64,000 nt of DNA from a virus: IMG/VR virus record IMGVR_UViG_3300044988_000363; one strand, given 5' to 3'. This document shows positions 10,770 to 21,380 of the stretch, one piece after another. The position numbers and the translations under genes are program-made. Position 1 is the first letter of the stretch. Each line of letters begins with the position of its first letter. Below the pieces are notes generated by a model. The model searched no databases. It saw only the letters and a list, made by a program, of their open reading frames with translations, and had not been told where the DNA came from.

Positions 10770-11670
10770 TTTTTTAATTGAATCCGATCGTTCAACTCAT
10801 GTAATGACGTTCATGAGAGCCAATCCGCCAACGATTGGTCATGAACGAGTTGTCAATCATGTTACAGATCTTGCTAAAAATTTAGATGCAGGTCATAGCA
10901 TTGTTTTATCTCATTCGCATGATGGTGATAAGAACCCATTAACTGCTGAACAAAAGCTAAGACATGCTAAATTGGCATTTCCCGGAGCCAATGTATCAAC
11001 TTCTTCTCCTGAACGCCCTAATATCATGAATCAAGTTTCTAATCTTTATGGTAAAGGTGTGAGAAACTTACATGTTGTAGTTGGTCAAGATAGAGTTGAT
11101 CAGTTTGATAAATTGCTAAATCAATATAAAGGCGTTGAAGGTGCACATGGTCATTATGGCACTGATATGAACATTACAGTTCATTCAGCTGGTGGTAGAG
11201 ATCCAGACGCTGAAGGAATTGAAGGTGTATCTGGAACTGGTCAAAGAGTTCACGCAAGAAATAATAATTTTGAAGGATTCCGTGCAGGCGCACCAAGTCA
11301 TATGACTGACGAGCAAGCAGCTTCGCTTATGAATGATATTCGTAATGCTAAACCACCAGAGAAACCAGTAAAACCAACTAAGAAAAAACTAAAAGAAGAA
11401 ACAGTTGCTGGTGGCGAAATGGTAAGAGGGTTTGGTGATGTTTCTGGTAATCCAGCAGTTCAGAACGATCCTTTGCAACAATATATTGGTGCCAATGCTT
11501 TAGCAAAAGATCAACAAAACGGCGCTTTGATGAAAATGATGAAAGACAGTCAATATAATTTGATTGGGTTTAAAGAGTTTAATCCACGCACTGTTACTAG
11601 AGATAAATCATTAGAGTATTGGAACTCTGATGAAAATGGCGACTTCTTAAAATCTAGAAAGAAAAAATAA
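10747..11670 (+). CDS. cytidylyltransferase-like (HIGH-type) nucleotidyltransferase
   Basis: RANPPTIGH, KNPL, VVGQDR motifs. Confidence 0.8.
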   Translation: MQKINFSNFLIESDRSTHVMTFMRANPPTIGHERVVNHVTDLAKNLDAGHSIVLSHSHDGDKNPLTAEQKLRHAKLAFPGANVSTSSPERPNIMNQVSNLYGKGVRNLHVVVGQDRVDQFDKLLNQYKGVEGAHGHYGTDMNITVHSAGGRDPDAEGIEGVSGTGQRVHARNNNFEGFRAGAPSHMTDEQAASLMNDIRNAKPPEKPVKPTKKKLKEETVAGGEMVRGFGDVSGNPAVQNDPLQQYIGANALAKDQQNGALMKMMKDSQYNLIGFKEFNPRTVTRDKSLEYWNSDENGDFLKSRKKK

Positions 11671-12983
11671 TGGCACAGTTTCGTAAAGATACACATCAAT
11701 ATTTGCCTGATAATAAAACATTATTTGAAGTTGTTATGCTCGCCGATCAATATGGTAATCAAGTTGGACCAGCAAACCCAACAGGAACTGCTGTTGATGC
11801 TTTTGGTAGAGCCAGAGTATCAAGCCCACTAACTCTTTTTGATTCTTCTCACCGTTATCGTGACAACAATCTATGGACCACTTCTAATACTGCTGGTGGA
11901 ACTTATGCGTTTTCTGAAAATGAAGGTCTTGTAAATCTTAATTTAACAACCGCCAACAATGCAGAAATCATTCGTGAGACAACTAAGGTTTTCTCTTATC
12001 AACCAGGCAAGTCTTTACAAATTTTACAAACATTTGTCATGCAGCCTAAGACTAATGTTCGTCAGCGTGTAGGTTATTATGGCGCCAACAATGGCATTTA
12101 TCTTGAGGTGGCAAATAATACAGCATATTTGGTTGAAAGGTCTTTATCATCAGGAGTAATGCAAGAAACGAGAGTAGCGCAGTCTAATTGGAATTATGAT
12201 ACTCTATTAGGCGCTGATACTTCGAGTCCATCTGGTATCACTTTAGATTTATCAAAATCGCAGATTATGTTTATTGATATTGAATGGCTTGGTTTGGGAA
12301 CAGTAAGATGCGGTTTTATTATTGATGGTAGAATAATTCACTGTCATTCATTTCACCATGCTAATTATATCACGTCAACATATATGACTACAGCTTCTCT
12401 ACCTTTGAGATATGAAATAAAGAATACAGGCGTAACTGCAAGTAATACAACTCTAAAACAAGTATGTTCCACTGTTATTTCTGAAGGCGGATATGAACTA
12501 AGAGGTCTTCAACAAGCTGTTGGAACTGCTATTGGGACGCCAAGAGATTTGACAACAGTTAATACATACTATCCAGTTATCTCAATTAGATTGAAGGCTT
12601 CTCCTAATAGACTTGATGCTATTGTTATTCTTACTGCGCTATCATTAATGGGTATTACTAATAATGCTAATTATAATTGGCGAGTTGTAGCATCAGGCAC
12701 AAGTACTGGTGGAACTTGGAATAGCGCAGGAACTGATTCTGCTGTTGAATATAATCTTACAGGAACAAGTTTTGCGGACGGTAGAATTTTGGCTTCCGGA
12801 TGGACCACTGGTTCTAATCAGGGTTCAAGTCCTGTTGATATTTTAAAAGAAGCACTATTTAAGTTTCAGCTGGAAAGAAATGGACTTACTTCCTCTCCTT
12901 ATGAGTTAACATTAGTTGCTGCAACAGATTCTGCAGGCGCTGATATATACGCTTCTATGGACTGGGAAGAGATCTCAAGATAA
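11670..12983 (+). CDS. probable virion structural protein
   Basis: beta-rich, T/S/N/G-rich; DAFGRARVS and YQPGKS segments; late block. Confidence 0.55.
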   Translation: MAQFRKDTHQYLPDNKTLFEVVMLADQYGNQVGPANPTGTAVDAFGRARVSSPLTLFDSSHRYRDNNLWTTSNTAGGTYAFSENEGLVNLNLTTANNAEIIRETTKVFSYQPGKSLQILQTFVMQPKTNVRQRVGYYGANNGIYLEVANNTAYLVERSLSSGVMQETRVAQSNWNYDTLLGADTSSPSGITLDLSKSQIMFIDIEWLGLGTVRCGFIIDGRIIHCHSFHHANYITSTYMTTASLPLRYEIKNTGVTASNTTLKQVCSTVISEGGYELRGLQQAVGTAIGTPRDLTTVNTYYPVISIRLKASPNRLDAIVILTALSLMGITNNANYNWRVVASGTSTGGTWNSAGTDSAVEYNLTGTSFADGRILASGWTTGSNQGSSPVDILKEALFKFQLERNGLTSSPYELTLVAATDSAGADIYASMDWEEISR

Positions 12984-12990
12984 TATTTTT

Positions 12991-12998
12991 TATAAATA
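12991..12998 (+). promoter_or_regulatory. T4-type late promoter
   Basis: TATAAATA. Confidence 0.7.
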
Positions 12999-13069
12999 AA
13001 CAGTCAGTGCGAGTATAAAAGGGTACGCCAGACCTCGCATATATAAGGAAAGCCCAAGGGAAACTCCAG

Positions 13070-15205
13070 ATGAAAAAGTTTACTACATTTGAAACTCAGC
13101 TAGGCGAGTCTGTCGTACTCACTGACAAGGCCAAATTATCTCTTTATAAAAAATCCTCAAATTCAGGCATCTCCACGGATATACTAGAAGAAGTGTATCG
13201 TAGAGGTTATTCAATCTGGAACGAAGCCTTTGGCGGAACTCCGGATTCATTTGCATTTGACCGAGTAAATTCATTTATCGCTGATGGTTTTGCTGCCCAG
13301 CTTGATGAAGACCTAAAGAAAGCATGCTGGAAGGGCTATGAAGCCATTGGCATGAAGAAGAAAAATGGTAAGACCGTTCCTAATTGCGTTCCAGTTAAGG
13401 AAGAAGAATTAAACAAGCCAGTCATGACTCCTGCCCAACTTGCTGATAAGCACGGGGTTTCAGTTGAGTCAATTGACAAGGCTCTTAAAGCAGGCATTAA
13501 GGTTGAGAAAGAACACACAACCCATTCAGCTGATGCCAAAAGAATTGCTTTAGCCCACCTCGGCGAAAAGCCAGATTATTATAAGAAATTAGATAAAGCT
13601 GGACTGGAAGAAAATGCTGAGAAGCATTCCAAAAATCCAGACGATCCGGCTTCAAGATTTATAGGGAGCAATGAATTGGTAGACATTTATAAGAAAGAAA
13701 CTCCTGGTCAGCTTATCAAGCGTGTTGTAAGAGAATGCCTTGAAGAAGGCGATGTTATTCATACTAAGTTTGCTGTGAAAAATTTACAGAAGCGTGGCAT
13801 CGAAGGTCCGCATAAAGCTGGCGCTCAAGATTTGATGCGTAACTGGGCTAAACATCCATTTGATTGGGAAGCCGATGATAAAGTTTCTTATCATGGAACA
13901 ACTGCACGTATTCATAAAGATGGAAAGCACATAGACGTAGACGCTGGTGCACATGGAATAGATCCTGATATTAAAACAAAAATAATTAGAAAACAGGCTG
14001 CAAAGAAAACTGGCAACGTTGTAAAGATTAAAGAAGCTGCAATGCAGGCAACAACTGCTCCTGCTCCAACTGCTGCTGATATGGGTCCTAAAAGACTCAG
14101 TAGATATCAGACAACTCAGCAGACAAGCACTATTGGTAATCAGGGTTTTAATCGTTCTGGTCCAATGGGAACTCATATCAATCCTTCGTCGCCAACTACA
14201 CCAAGAGGCGTGAGATCAATGACCTCTGGTTCAACTCAGGCAACAGCAAAAACATTAACACCACAGCGTGTTTCTGCCAATCAACCAGCACCAAAGACAG
14301 CTTCTGCTCCAGCATCTGCTCCAAAGCCATCAGCCAGTTTCGGTTCTTCTTCAAGACCAACTACTGTTAGTGCAACATCTGGTGGGATGGAAAAGAGTGG
14401 CGGATATAAACTATCATCAGGAATGAGCGATGCTGTTAAGGCTAAAGTAAAGCCAGCTGCACCAGTTCAGATTCCTGCAGGCGCTGGCAAAGCAGTAAAC
14501 GTTCTAAGTAAAGTAGCTAAGTTTGCTGGACCAGTTGGTGCAGCTATTGGATTGGTTGCTGACGCCAAGCCATTGAACAAGGGCGAAGATGAATTTGCTC
14601 GACAGAAGTCACTAGGAATTACTAAGCCAAACGTAACTCCTGGTATGGGAAGCACAAAGAACATTGAGCCTGTTAAGGGCGGAGCAATTACAACTAAGGC
14701 TCCTGACTATTACAAGGGTAAGGTTGGCGATTACACTGTAAAAGCTGGTGATACTCTTTCTGGTATTGCTTCAAGAACAGGTCAATCAGTTTCAGATCTA
14801 GCAAGCAAGAATAAGTTTGATAGCGAAAACAAGATTGCCGCTGGATCTAAGCTATTTACTGGTAGCGTTCCAACACCACCATCAAGACCAGAAACTGAAT
14901 CAGGTTCAACTAAAAAGAAAATTAAAGAAGCGATTTCAGAAGCCACATATAAGGGAAAGAAAGTTCCTTTGAATAAGCCAATGGCTGGCGATGTTAAGAA
15001 ATCAAAAGTTTTCGTTGATCCTGATGGCGATGGTAAGGCGCAGAAGGTAAACTTCGGTGACAAAAGCATGTCTATCAAAAAAGATCAGCCTGCTCGTAAG
15101 AAATCATATTGCGCAAGATCTTCAGGTCAGGGTAATCTAACAGATAAAACCAGTGCTAATTATTGGTCAAGAAGAGCCTGGAATTGCGAAGAGACTGAGG
15201 AATAA
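13070..15205 (+). CDS. multi-module LysM-containing protein, probable processed internal head protein
   Basis: MKKFTTFE N-terminus, LysM YTVKAGDTLSGIA, GIKVEKEH and RKKSYCARS modules, repeated L/I-x-E junctions. Confidence 0.65.
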   Translation: MKKFTTFETQLGESVVLTDKAKLSLYKKSSNSGISTDILEEVYRRGYSIWNEAFGGTPDSFAFDRVNSFIADGFAAQLDEDLKKACWKGYEAIGMKKKNGKTVPNCVPVKEEELNKPVMTPAQLADKHGVSVESIDKALKAGIKVEKEHTTHSADAKRIALAHLGEKPDYYKKLDKAGLEENAEKHSKNPDDPASRFIGSNELVDIYKKETPGQLIKRVVRECLEEGDVIHTKFAVKNLQKRGIEGPHKAGAQDLMRNWAKHPFDWEADDKVSYHGTTARIHKDGKHIDVDAGAHGIDPDIKTKIIRKQAAKKTGNVVKIKEAAMQATTAPAPTAADMGPKRLSRYQTTQQTSTIGNQGFNRSGPMGTHINPSSPTTPRGVRSMTSGSTQATAKTLTPQRVSANQPAPKTASAPASAPKPSASFGSSSRPTTVSATSGGMEKSGGYKLSSGMSDAVKAKVKPAAPVQIPAGAGKAVNVLSKVAKFAGPVGAAIGLVADAKPLNKGEDEFARQKSLGITKPNVTPGMGSTKNIEPVKGGAITTKAPDYYKGKVGDYTVKAGDTLSGIASRTGQSVSDLASKNKFDSENKIAAGSKLFTGSVPTPPSRPETESGSTKKKIKEAISEATYKGKKVPLNKPMAGDVKKSKVFVDPDGDGKAQKVNFGDKSMSIKKDQPARKKSYCARSSGQGNLTDKTSANYWSRRAWNCEETEE

Positions 15206-15207
15206 TC

Positions 15208-15654
15208 ATGATTGGTAAGATCGAACCATACGACGCATTGAAGGTTGCATTAGCAGACACTTACGTATTCAGCGTAAAGGTTCAGGGTTATCATTGGAAT
15301 GTAACAGGTCCACATTTCTCTGAATACCATAAGTTCTTTGGCGAATTGTATTCAGAAGTAAATGACGCTGTTGATGTCATTGCCGAATCTATTAGAACAT
15401 TTGATGCATTTTCTCCTGGTTCTATGAAAAGATTTTTAGAACTAACAACTATTGAAGAAGCAACTAATATTCCTGATGGTCTAGTTATGATCAGCAAGCT
15501 TGCTTCTGATAACGAAAGAGTTATTGCTTCTCTTACTTCTGCATACGAATTATGTGAAAAGCATAAACATTACGCTGTATCAAATATGTTACAGGATCGT
15601 CTAACTGCTCATCAGAAGCATGGTTGGATGCTAAGATCGTTTATAAAGGCATAA
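15208..15654 (+). CDS. dps: Dps/ferritin-like protein
   Basis: HWNVTGPHFSEYH, DVIAE, KHGWML. Confidence 0.9.
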   Translation: MIGKIEPYDALKVALADTYVFSVKVQGYHWNVTGPHFSEYHKFFGELYSEVNDAVDVIAESIRTFDAFSPGSMKRFLELTTIEEATNIPDGLVMISKLASDNERVIASLTSAYELCEKHKHYAVSNMLQDRLTAHQKHGWMLRSFIKA

Positions 15655-15657
15655 CAA

Positions 15658-16962
15658 ATGAGAAGTTTAGAACACATCATCAGAGATATAAGAGAGGGCA
15701 AGGCTTCTAAGGGCAAAAAGAGTAGCCTAGAACACTCTATTCGTAAAGTTGTATCAAAAGAATACGAATCTTCATTCGGCGCTAAAGATAGCAAGCCAGT
15801 TGATGAAGATGTCGGTGGATTGGCTGGCAGCGGCACTGGTGGTGAACCTAAACTTCATACAGAAGACGGAAAGAAAAAGAAAACTGATGAAGCAGTTGGT
15901 GCTATTGGTACAGACAAGTTTCAAGGTAATGAATTTAAATCAATAAGAACTACAACACCTCATATTAAGCCACCAGCTGGCGAAGGAAGTCATTCACAGG
16001 CTCCCGAAAACGCTTCAAGACAAAGATCTATTGCTAAAGAAAGAGCAGGCATTAATAGAGTTAGCGAATCAAAACTTGATTTCGCTGATCCAATAGCAAA
16101 AAACGCTGCAGAATTGCTACTTAAAGTAGCTCCAGAAGCTAAACTTCCTGCTATTTTCAGACCAAAAGGAATGCCAGCTAAACCAAAAGCTGGAGTTCCG
16201 GAAGTTATACCACCAAAGAAAGCTGAAGTTCCAGCTAAGGTTGAACCCAAGACTGTTGTTGAACCTAAGACTGAAGTCCCAGCAAAAGTTGATACTAAAA
16301 CTGAACCAAAATTAGCAGCACCTGAAAAGGTAGACACTAAAACTGAACCAAAATTGGTTTCGCCAGAAAAGGTAGATACTAAACTTGCTGCACCTGGTAA
16401 AGAAGATGTTAAACTTGCTGACCCTGATGTTAAAACATCGCCAAAACTTGCAGCTGTTGAACCAGCCGTAAAGGCAGCTATTCCAGGAATAGCAAAAACT
16501 GCTGGAAAATTGGCACCATTTATTCCTCCATTTATCGGAGGCATGGGTTCAATGCCAACAAAAGACGCTTTTGATTTCAGATCAAAAAAAGTGCCAGTAG
16601 CTTCTCACATTCATCACGCAAAAAGACATATGAAAGAAGAAGTTGCTTCTGAATTGAGAAAGAAGATTCAGAACATGCCAAGAAAAGATGCTGGAGATCG
16701 TAAGTCAATTGAATATGTTGGTCGTATGGATTCTGATCCTAAGTCTGCTAAAGAAAAGACTTCAAGATTGGCAATAATCAAAAATGTAATTGATGAAGCC
16801 AAAAAAGAAAAGGCAATGAAGCCAAGAGTTGAAACTGAAAGCGGTATGGGTAAAGAAAAAAAGTTTATTTATCCAAATGATACTGAAGTTGTTATTGGTC
16901 CAAACCCAAAGAACAATTTTCTAGATGTAGAAACAAGGAAAATGCCAAATGACAACCAATAA
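15658..16962 (+). CDS. hypothetical K/P/E-rich repeat protein
   Basis: repeats of the type KVDTKTEPKLAAPE. Confidence 0.7.
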   Translation: MRSLEHIIRDIREGKASKGKKSSLEHSIRKVVSKEYESSFGAKDSKPVDEDVGGLAGSGTGGEPKLHTEDGKKKKTDEAVGAIGTDKFQGNEFKSIRTTTPHIKPPAGEGSHSQAPENASRQRSIAKERAGINRVSESKLDFADPIAKNAAELLLKVAPEAKLPAIFRPKGMPAKPKAGVPEVIPPKKAEVPAKVEPKTVVEPKTEVPAKVDTKTEPKLAAPEKVDTKTEPKLVSPEKVDTKLAAPGKEDVKLADPDVKTSPKLAAVEPAVKAAIPGIAKTAGKLAPFIPPFIGGMGSMPTKDAFDFRSKKVPVASHIHHAKRHMKEEVASELRKKIQNMPRKDAGDRKSIEYVGRMDSDPKSAKEKTSRLAIIKNVIDEAKKEKAMKPRVETESGMGKEKKFIYPNDTEVVIGPNPKNNFLDVETRKMPNDNQ

Positions 16963-17407
16963 AGATTTCAAAGATTTCATCAATGATATGAAAAATTCAC
17001 GTCAAGAAAATCTTGATGAAGGTGTTTGGGACGTTGTTAAGGGTGCTGCTAAAACTGTTGGTAGATTTTTAGGGCCAGCTGCAACAGCAATTCAAGGCTA
17101 TGACGCTTATCAAAAATATCAAAAAGGAGATTATCCAGGCGCTGCATTGTCAGCAGCTGGAGCAGTTCTTCCTGGGCCATTGGGTTGGGCGGCTACTGGT
17201 GCTAGTATTGCTCGCGATCAACAAAAAGACGATGAACCAGAGACGCCAAAGGCTCCAGAAACACCAAAACCAGCAGAGCCTGAAACACCAAAAGCTCCAG
17301 AACCAACTTCTGAACCTTTGAATTATAGAAAGGTTAAAACCACTATTGAAAAAGAAAGTGGTGGTAAAAAGATTAAATCTTTTAAACAATTTCATAAAAA
17401 TAAATAG
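16949..17407 (+). CDS. hypothetical protein, probable internal head protein
   Basis: DFKDFI...NLDE N-terminus, PETPKAPE repeats. Confidence 0.65.
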   Translation: MTTNKDFKDFINDMKNSRQENLDEGVWDVVKGAAKTVGRFLGPAATAIQGYDAYQKYQKGDYPGAALSAAGAVLPGPLGWAATGASIARDQQKDDEPETPKAPETPKPAEPETPKAPEPTSEPLNYRKVKTTIEKESGGKKIKSFKQFHKNK

Positions 17408-17431
17408 TTGAAATAATTCAGAGGATCTAAA

Positions 17432-19816
17432 ATGTCTGACAAAAAAACAATTCAAGAAGCTCTTGCTGAAGTTCAAAGAAATGCAGAACTTATGGAAGCG
17501 CCAAACGTTTTTAAGCTATTTGGTCGTGGTGCAGCAAAAGTTCCAAAATCAGCACCAATACGCCCTATGCCGCATGGCGGAGAAGATCTGGTTGGTAAAG
17601 CAAAACAGGCTCCAAAGGAACCACCAACAATTGATCTTAAGGCAGAAAAGCCAAAAACAACAACACCTAATGTCCCTGAAGCTCCAAAATCAACTATCAA
17701 AGATTTTGGTAAAGCTGTTGCTGGAGCTGGACTTGCAGCTGGTGCAGGTTATGCTGGTTATAATGCATTCACTAAAGGAGCAGTCAATCCTCCTACTGAA
17801 AAGTTTACAAAGGACGAGCCGAAAGCAGAAAAGCCAAAGGCAGCTGAAACACCAAAAGCTCCAGAAGCTGCAAAACCACAAACTTTTGGTCAGGCGTTTG
17901 CTGCTGCTCGTAAGGCTGCTGAAGCAAAAGGCGCAAAGACATCTGGTCAGTTTGAATTCCAAGGTAAGAAATATCAGACAAACCTTCAAGGAACAGGAAC
18001 TACTAAAAAGCCACAAGAAAAATATGTTTCTATGAGCAAACAGACAAAGGTTGACGTAAGTGCGCCAAAGGCAGCAGCAACTCCTACAGTCACAAAAACA
18101 CCTGAAACTCCAAAGCCAGCTGAAACATCAAAGGCTCCAGAAGCATCACAAACTTCCCCAGCACCAAAGGCTCCAGAAGCTCTAGGTAAAACTATTGGTT
18201 CTTTGATGAGAGGAAATGTCTCTAGAGCAGGAGAAGGTGCTAAGGAATGGGTTTCAGCTGTTTCAACAAGCAGTAGCAGAGCTTGGAACAAAACAGCAGA
18301 CGCCTTCGATCCAAAGGGCGCAGAATCAGAAAGCGGATATTCTAAAAAAGGAAAAACTAAAATGTCAGAAGAAAACGAAATTAATGAAGCAATGCCTTTA
18401 CCACCACGTCGTCCAGGGCAAACTGGTAGCTCTATGATCCAGAGAGGAGATACTTTATCTTCTCTTAGTAAGAGATCTGGACTTTCTGTTGCTGATATTA
18501 TGAAACAAAACCCAAATATCAAAGATCCTAACAAAATTAGTGCTGGCGCTTCAATTAACTTACAGAAGCCAGAGCAAAAAACTGTTTGGAAAGATCCAGT
18601 TTCTGCTGGTTATGATAAACCAGCACAAACAACTACTACAAGCCCAAATACAACTAAGTCTTGGGATTCTGATATTCCAAAAATTGATAAAGGGCCAACT
18701 ACTTCTGCAGCGCCCACACCAACACCTGCTCCATCCACATCAAGTAGTTCATCAATGCTTTCTGGAACTCCAGTAGCACAACAGAGAACACTAGAAAAAG
18801 AAAGTGGTGGTAAGAAAAAAGTGGCAGAAGAAAATAGCCCACTAATTGCAGCATTCCTAGACCTACAGGCTAAGAACCCAGCAAACATGTTCGAAGCTGC
18901 TAAGAAGGCTAAGAAAGACTATGACCGTGACGGCAAGGTAGAGTCACCAAAGGACGAAGTTTGGGGTTCACGTTTCCGTGCTGCTAAGGCAGCTGGTAAG
19001 ATGGCGGAAGGCGTAAAGGCTGATCCAAACGATCCTTCATATCAGGGTGGTGGTGATGTAACATCTACACCTGAAAAGAAAACTTCTATGCCAAAGCCAA
19101 CTGCTCCTAAGACTGATTCATCAGTTCAGGGTTCAGGCGATGTCACTATGAATGGCAAGCCAACAAGAGTTAAGGAAGAAGTTACTTTCTCACAGGCAGA
19201 AATCGACCATATTAACTCTTTTTTTCTTGAAGCCTCTGTAGCACCAAATAGACCTGAAGTCGCTATAGGGGCAGATTCTACTTCAGATAAGATGTCACAG
19301 AACGATGTTACTGCGACAGCTGAAAGTGGTAAGAAAATCAGAAAAGAAGAAGTTGAAGTTGATGAAGGATACGGAAACACTCCTTCTGTTCGTTCATTTG
19401 GTCATGATCCGCTTTCAGGCGGTCGTGGTCGTCCAAGAACAGATGTTGCCACTAAAGGCGAAAGAAAGGGTATGGTAAAAAAGTCCACTCAGGATTCAAT
19501 GAAGCGTAGAATTGCTGACCGTCTTGGTTCGCATGCTAAGGCAAATCTACCAGAAGAAACTCTTGAAGAAGGTCGCCCAAAGAAGAACCCAACACCTGAA
19601 ACAACTGAGCGTGATCCACGCAAGCATATTCAGGTAGAGGCAGGGCGTGCTGCTGCTGGTAACGTTGTTGACTTTACTCACAATGATGGTTCGAGATCAA
19701 AGATTACACCAGCAATGGGTAGAAAAATTGTTTCTCATCTTCAGGGTCTAAAGCCAGCTGACCGTCAGTCTGCTGTTAATAAGATGCATGATAGTGCTGA
19801 AGGACTAAAAGTTTAA
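17432..19816 (+). CDS. large low-complexity LysM-containing protein
   Basis: LysM IQRGDTLSSLS...NPNIKDPNKISAG, DYDRDGKVES motif, P/K/T-rich linkers. Confidence 0.7.
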   Translation: MSDKKTIQEALAEVQRNAELMEAPNVFKLFGRGAAKVPKSAPIRPMPHGGEDLVGKAKQAPKEPPTIDLKAEKPKTTTPNVPEAPKSTIKDFGKAVAGAGLAAGAGYAGYNAFTKGAVNPPTEKFTKDEPKAEKPKAAETPKAPEAAKPQTFGQAFAAARKAAEAKGAKTSGQFEFQGKKYQTNLQGTGTTKKPQEKYVSMSKQTKVDVSAPKAAATPTVTKTPETPKPAETSKAPEASQTSPAPKAPEALGKTIGSLMRGNVSRAGEGAKEWVSAVSTSSSRAWNKTADAFDPKGAESESGYSKKGKTKMSEENEINEAMPLPPRRPGQTGSSMIQRGDTLSSLSKRSGLSVADIMKQNPNIKDPNKISAGASINLQKPEQKTVWKDPVSAGYDKPAQTTTTSPNTTKSWDSDIPKIDKGPTTSAAPTPTPAPSTSSSSSMLSGTPVAQQRTLEKESGGKKKVAEENSPLIAAFLDLQAKNPANMFEAAKKAKKDYDRDGKVESPKDEVWGSRFRAAKAAGKMAEGVKADPNDPSYQGGGDVTSTPEKKTSMPKPTAPKTDSSVQGSGDVTMNGKPTRVKEEVTFSQAEIDHINSFFLEASVAPNRPEVAIGADSTSDKMSQNDVTATAESGKKIRKEEVEVDEGYGNTPSVRSFGHDPLSGGRGRPRTDVATKGERKGMVKKSTQDSMKRRIADRLGSHAKANLPEETLEEGRPKKNPTPETTERDPRKHIQVEAGRAAAGNVVDFTHNDGSRSKITPAMGRKIVSHLQGLKPADRQSAVNKMHDSAEGLKV

Positions 19817-20055
19817 TGCCTATCTTTGCTAAGAATATTATTGTTGGGGCAGAAAAAAAGGAAGAACCAAAAGTTCTTCCTGCCTCCAGCACCAATTCCT
19901 TTGACAATTTACGTTCAAAAATAGTTAGAACTATTCCTTTTCAAGAAAAGGTTGAAGAAAAAACACATTATGAAATTGTCAAAGAAGGCGATTTAATTAA
20001 ACACCACAATACCAAATCTCACTATCTTAATGATATGACAGGATTTGGGAATTAA
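19816..20055 (+). CDS. hypothetical protein
   Basis: translationally coupled ORF. Confidence 0.55.
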   Translation: MPIFAKNIIVGAEKKEEPKVLPASSTNSFDNLRSKIVRTIPFQEKVEEKTHYEIVKEGDLIKHHNTKSHYLNDMTGFGN

Positions 20056-20087
20056 TAAATAAAATAAATTCTTTAGGAGGAATACAA

Positions 20088-20711
20088 ATGCCATTATGGG
20101 GTAATCAAGACACTGCTTCTAATTCAACTATCTTTGCGCCAACAAGCGTAAAGCTAGCACCAAACAGTGCAAACAGAGACAATCTTTTCGGTAACACAAC
20201 AGCTAACGCTTTTATTGATGGCGTAACAGTTGGTCAATTTGGTGTTGATGGTAACGAAGTTGCTGCCAATCCAGGAATCACCCACACTGGTTGGGTTCTT
20301 CGCACTGCAGGTTCAGGAGGACGTGCTGGTCGTGTTATGACAGAAGTTCTAGTAGCTGGTGGTATTACTACTGATGCTTCGGACGACGTATCAATGCCTG
20401 ATTACGTTATTCTTGTTAACACACAGCCTGTTAATACAACAATTAATGCAACTTCAAACGTAAATAACACTGGTGTTATCTTTACTGTTGCTGCAACAAG
20501 ACCAGCTGGCGGAACAATTTCTTATCGTTGGCAAGCTAATACAGGTTCTGGCTTCGTTAACGCTGCTGCAGGAACAACTGGCAATACAACAGCCAATCTT
20601 ACTGTCCATGCTAATAGCTTCACAACTGGCGCACAGTTCCGTGTTCTTCTTCAGGCAACTGGAGCAGCAAACGTCACTTCAAGCGTTGCTACACTAACTG
20701 TTAATACTTAA
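20088..20711 (+). CDS. probable virion surface protein with C-terminal Ig-like domain
   Basis: strong SD AGGAGG; QP...FTVAA...SYRWQ...FRV...ATLTV Ig-like pattern. Confidence 0.65.
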   Translation: MPLWGNQDTASNSTIFAPTSVKLAPNSANRDNLFGNTTANAFIDGVTVGQFGVDGNEVAANPGITHTGWVLRTAGSGGRAGRVMTEVLVAGGITTDASDDVSMPDYVILVNTQPVNTTINATSNVNNTGVIFTVAATRPAGGTISYRWQANTGSGFVNAAAGTTGNTTANLTVHANSFTTGAQFRVLLQATGAANVTSSVATLTVNT

Positions 20712-20721
20712 TAGGTGATAT

Positions 20722-20991
20722 ATGACAGATAACAGCAAAAAAGTTTCGCAATTACCAACTGCTGCTAATGTAGCTTCTTCAGATAGAGTCTTAGTCCTCC
20801 GAGATCCTTCTGGAGCTCCATCTGTTCGCACAGTAAATGCAAACATTTTTGCTGCTAATCTAGTAACAGGAACTGTTCCGGCAACTGCTAATACAACAGG
20901 TATTGCCGGAACTATTCGTTATAACGATTCTTATATCTATGTGTGCGTTGCTAATAACACATGGAAAAGAGCAGCACTTAGCACCTGGTAA
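20722..20991 (+). CDS. small structural-type protein
   Basis: GIAGTIRYNDSYIYVCVANNTWKR tail-fibre-like segment. Confidence 0.55.
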   Translation: MTDNSKKVSQLPTAANVASSDRVLVLRDPSGAPSVRTVNANIFAANLVTGTVPATANTTGIAGTIRYNDSYIYVCVANNTWKRAALSTW

Positions 20992-21380
20992 TGAATGAAA
21001 ATTTGACTGATAAAAATTTTTTATTATATTGCGCTTCACATTATGATAACGCAAGATATGTTTCTACTGAAGATTTTTTAGAAGATCTTAATAGATTAAA
21101 ATATATTAAAAAATTAATTACAAGATATACTGAATATGGTGAGTTGAAAGAACGTTTGATACTTAACCATATTATTATTTTAAATAATTGTTTTGGACCT
21201 GAGGTTCTTTGTAAAATTTTATATTTAAAAATGAAACCTCAGATGAAATACATCAAACCTTTTTTGATAATGCTTAACATATTACCAGATTATATTTACA
21301 ATGTAAATAATGAAAAAACAATTGACACAAATTTAATTGAAATGGATGCAAAAATTGTCGCAAAACTAAGGGAAGTTTAA
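20991..21380 (+). CDS. conserved T4-like phage hypothetical protein
   Basis: LKERLILNHII motif. Confidence 0.7.
   Translation: MNENLTDKNFLLYCASHYDNARYVSTEDFLEDLNRLKYIKKLITRYTEYGELKERLILNHIIILNNCFGPEVLCKILYLKMKPQMKYIKPFLIMLNILPDYIYNVNNEKTIDTNLIEMDAKIVAKLREV

Noticed and set aside
15990-19380. Long antisense and alternate-frame ORFs in the low-complexity late genes
   Set aside because: Explained by codon bias of Lys/Pro/Ala/Glu-rich repeats.
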